A DNA stretch of 63,479 nt, counting the filler, from Asterionella formosa (Eukaryota), in the NCBI GenBank assembly GCA_002256025.1. It is 9 parts of 9 records of this genome, joined end to end, with 100 filler letters (N's around TTAATTAATTAA, not from the genome) between each part and the next. Parts side by side here need not be neighbours in the genome. Positions count along the whole stretch, not along the records: positions 59,812 to 60,967 come from NKIB01003999.1; positions 61,068 to 62,223 come from NKIB01004000.1; positions 62,324 to 63,479 come from NKIB01004001.1; 6 more parts are not named here. One strand, 5' to 3'. Each line of letters opens with the position of its first letter. Within the stretch, counting starts at the first letter, position 1. Position numbers and translations under genes: made by a program. Shown piece by piece: positions 59,916 to 63,479 of the stretch. A model generated the notes under the pieces. It saw only the letters and a program-made list of their open reading frames with translations, was not told the origin of the DNA and did no database searches.

Positions 59916-61199
59916 CGTTGTGGTGGAAAACAGAAATACCGAATATCAGCAAAGTGCTTTCGTCAGTTTATTATGTTTGGACGGCGACGCTTGGCTGTAA
60001 CTTTGTTGACTGTAGTGAAACGAAATGGGCTGTCGTACTAACGGCACTTATTCATGTAACGAATGCGGTCAATGCTGGCTGATCGAGGGCTACAAATAAT
60101 GAATAAACAGAAACAGCTGACGGTGCTCATGATATTTATGATACATACCATATGTTTAATCCTTCCCTTTTATGTGTTCACCATACATAATTAACGGTAC
60201 ACACATTTGATACCTAGGGGGTACCTGGACCTGGTACCTGGTACCCAGGTACTGTGTATACCTACCGGTGTCATACATATGTTTTGCTTCTTTGTTGTAC
60301 GATTGGACGTTGTTTGCTGGGAAGAAAGAAGCGCGTAGATGCAATCGAGAAATTGCAGCGAAACAACTAGGGAGAAGACGGAAAAAACATAATAGTTAGT
60401 TTCTTCTAGAAGTTAACTAATACAATCACAAAGGTAGTTATCATAATCCCTTTACTAGCTAGTTAACTAATCGGATGTAATGATATGTCACAGCTTTCAG
60501 CGGACCGAGACAAAATGATTATCAGGATCCTTGTTTTGGGGGCTCGCTCAGGTCCAGCCATTGCTTCATTCATTTATTTAGGTTATCAGCTTTTCATGTG
60601 ACATGGGCTTGGGTACATTTTGGTTGCGTATCGGTATTCCACTTGGAAGTGAATGGCTGCCGGGATATCATAATTACTACCCTGGTACCTGGTACTCAGA
60701 GCCAAGTACCAGGTACCATAGCAGGTACTGCTCCAATTTAGTCCTGGTCTATTGAATACTCGGAGTACAGGTGCATTTTGTATTCTTACAACAGTGGTAT
60801 TCGTATATTTTACATAGACCGGTAGACAATCCTAACGGTACTACCGGTAGCGGTATGTCCGAGAGTCATGCACATTTTACATGAAATGAAATAACGCTAT
60901 AACTTCATTTGCTACATGAACTGATTGGTGTTGCTGAGTTGGGACTCCTTGTCCACCGACCATGACGNNNNNNNNNNNNNNNNNNNNNNNNNNNNNNNNN
61001 NNNNNNNNNNNTTAATTAATTAANNNNNNNNNNNNNNNNNNNNNNNNNNNNNNNNNNNNNNNNNNNNAAAACTTCACATGAAACAGTTAAAAGTAATCTT
61101 TTTTACGTGAAGAGTGGCATTAATGCATGTGAAGTACCACATAATTAACACTCATACGTAGACGAAATTTCGAAAAGTGGCGTATTTCGCGTCTTAGAT

Positions 61200-62223
61200 G
61201 TGGTTCATTGCTACATTTCCGACTAGGTATCCATCTTTTCTGGAATATCTCTTGATTTTGCGCATTTTTCGGTTGCACTTGATCTATTGCAAAACTGTCT
61301 GGTTCATAGTTACTTTTCCGCCAAGAAATGTTTTCTGGAATATCTGGACAAGCCCTTTTTAAAAAATCCCATTCTTTGGGGAAAGTCCGTTAATTGTATA
61401 ATGATTCCAGATTATGAATACTTCAATATTCCAAGTAAAAATTGATGAAGCACCTCCCATGGAGTTGCACCAAATAATTCTTTGGGGTCTCCAATAAAGA
61501 AATTGGTGCATCAGTGCAGGGATAATAGGGTTGTGAGAAATATGACAGCACCACTTGTTCCTTGTTGCGTATTTAGTATTGGATTGGTTAACACCCATTC
61601 TGTTGGGTACAAGATAACTTTCCATTGGAATAGGCAATTTTGTCAAGATATTCCAGTTGAAAGTTGCTTATGAGCATCAGATTCTTTCTGAAGTTCACAT
61701 TCAATATCTGGATTGTCAGTATCTTCAGTAGTCACTAAACAGTCCCTACAAAAATGTCGTCGATAGAATCCATTGTTACCACTCTGGAGTACAAGCCACG
61801 TACAAGCAAATACATAAGCAGGGAGGTACAGGGAACTCCGTACTTTCTCTTTACCGGTATTTGGAAAATTCCGTATGTGTATTGTGCACAGACCTCGCAT
61901 ATCATGCGAAATCCTAGTCATAGAATTGCATCATAAAGATATAATGGTGACCTACTACCAAGTAAAATGCTAAGTAGCTCCGTTTTTACAACATCCTTTT
62001 GTGTGTAGGCTGTACCTGGATCTTCTTGGCAAAATCGGAAGTTGGTAGGGTTTATAATGTCGTTTATTTCTCCGTTCTGAATGATTGGACCATTAATAGC
62101 AGCAGCATCATGATCTACTAAACTATCAAGGAATGAACCATTATCATAGTCATCGGCATCAAAACAAACTGTTTGAACGAAATCAATGGCTGCTGGCGAT
62201 TGTTTCAGGAATTTTGCAAGGGG
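61200..62223 (-). mobile_element. Decayed Plavaka-like transposase
   Basis: In 5'-3' order: ELLSILLGSRSPLYLYDAIL (61921-61980), FCRDCLVTTEDTDNPDIEC (~61700-61756), GDPKELFGATPWEVLHQFLLGILKY (~61415-61495). Stops and deletions between the motifs. Confidence 0.6.
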
Positions 62224-62323
62224 NNNNNNNNNNNNNNNNNNNNNNNNNNNNNNNNNNNNNNNNNNNNTTAATTAATTAANNNNNNNNNNNNNNNNNNNNN
62301 NNNNNNNNNNNNNNNNNNNNNNN

Positions 62324-63469
62324 AGGAGACTGGAGTCAGTGAATTCGTCAACTTTCATTAAAAAGAAGGGCGGAAAGAAGATTGGATGGCATGCACTTGT
62401 TATTGATCATAGCAATGTCAAGTTTGCTAGAAGCTTTGTTGATGAGGTTTGGCCTTCGAACCAATGTGACCGCATTAAACATCTCAACATTTTCTTACAA
62501 AAAGTTGCAGACGCGATGAAAACTGTTCATTTGATTATTGATGATGATTTCATGCTACAGATTGAAGGGACTCTATCTTCCAAGATATTTTTGTTGAATT
62601 TGTCTTTCCTCCCGGACCAATTTTTCGGAACAAAAGATTGTCCTTTTCTTGACCTGGGCTTTAAACAAATTTTAGGGAACCTCAGAAATGATGAGGCTAC
62701 CAATTCACTCATCAAGAACACATTCGGTTCTAAAACCATACTCTGTCGTGATTGCTATAGGCAAATGACAGGCAAGGTAATGTCATTGATTGCCTATGGA
62801 GCATTCACTGACAAGATGGTGATCTCGAATACATTACTTTCCAACAATATCGACATGTTTTGGAAAACTTTGTCTATGGTCATTCCCGGTTCTGTGCTGC
62901 AATCACTTGTAAGTGACACAACATATGTCAGGAAGAGTATGCCTCACACCTGTACATTGTTGCACACTGCTGTAAATCACTCAAATGTTTCTCAGGAGCC
63001 ACATTTTGACTATCAGCAGGCAGAACTGGTAGTCAATGACTTCGAAAAGTGCCTTCCTTGGGGATTGGATATGTCCCTAGGTGCTGGTGGTTTCTCTATA
63101 AATGTCTGGGATGGCGAGTCATTTGAGTCTAACCTCATTTTAGATCGAAAAGGTACAGGTAAAGCGGAATTCAAGCAACATGCCATGGAACATGTAAACC
63201 AACATGCGATGCTTCTTCGCATTCCCTTCAAGTACATCTTCTTAATGCGAGGTGATACAGTTCATGCAGGTGCTATGGATAATCACCTAAGCAATGGTGC
63301 ATTGAGACTTCACATGTATTTGTCGCCTGGTTCCACTCCAGAGCAAAACTCAGTTGCTATTTGCAAAAGATTCGGAAATGCCATTAACACAAAAGCAAAT
63401 GGTACAGAGCGTATCCCTCCATCACTAGTTTCGTTTTTGCTTGATTCCTATGGGGAAAGATGGAAGTAA
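62324..63469 (+). CDS. 2-oxoglutarate/Fe(II)-dependent dioxygenase domain protein (5' end in gap)
   Basis: About 380 open codons. QEPHFDY (HxD), IFLMRGDTVHAG (distal His), ALRLHMYL (putative 2OG-binding Arg): a double-stranded beta-helix pattern. Confidence 0.75.
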   Translation, partial: RRLESVNSSTFIKKKGGKKIGWHALVIDHSNVKFARSFVDEVWPSNQCDRIKHLNIFLQKVADAMKTVHLIIDDDFMLQIEGTLSSKIFLLNLSFLPDQFFGTKDCPFLDLGFKQILGNLRNDEATNSLIKNTFGSKTILCRDCYRQMTGKVMSLIAYGAFTDKMVISNTLLSNNIDMFWKTLSMVIPGSVLQSLVSDTTYVRKSMPHTCTLLHTAVNHSNVSQEPHFDYQQAELVVNDFEKCLPWGLDMSLGAGGFSINVWDGESFESNLILDRKGTGKAEFKQHAMEHVNQHAMLLRIPFKYIFLMRGDTVHAGAMDNHLSNGALRLHMYLSPGSTPEQNSVAICKRFGNAINTKANGTERIPPSLVSFLLDSYGERWK

Positions 63470-63479
63470 GAATTTTTTT

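Noticed and set aside
18630..62323. TTAATTAATTAA repeated in the middle of ~100-bp N runs (e.g. 18674, 37338, 55985, 57242, 58499, 59756, 61012, 62268)
   Set aside because: Artificial scaffolding spacer with stops in all six frames; not biological. It also means contig adjacency across these gaps is less certain.

Overview
Eukaryotic nuclear DNA, most likely a diatom. Support: an ASAFAP-type plastid-targeting peptide on a PGRL1 homologue, short GT-AG introns, and compact, mostly intron-poor genes. It is a gapped draft scaffold; ~100-N spacers carry an artificial TTAATTAATTAA linker. Recognisable genes are NOC3, Rab5, a Pro/Thr/Ser-rich type-I membrane protein with a PDZ domain, mitoribosomal uS9m, a PC-esterase/SGNH-like protein, DUS3, a WW-domain protein, dynactin p62, glutaredoxin, CstF-64, a pyruvate-oxidase-like TPP enzyme, an ankyrin-pseudokinase and a GH36 raffinose-synthase/Sip1 protein. 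Gene islands alternate with CpG-poor blocks of transposon debris: LINE, Crypton-like, IS630/Tc1-like, pogo-like and Plavaka-like remnants, plus a PIF/Harbinger element with TIRs and a TSD nested in a related MITE. The most interesting signals are (i) an open 2OG-Fe(II) dioxygenase ORF head-to-head with a decayed Plavaka-like transposase, (ii) GGTACC(A/T) palindromic arrays on the 5' side of most genes, (iii) a broken, tandemly duplicated PGRL1 copy, and (iv) two related tRNA-like Pol III promoter heads (possible SINE family). All family calls come from motif recognition by eye; no database searches were run.
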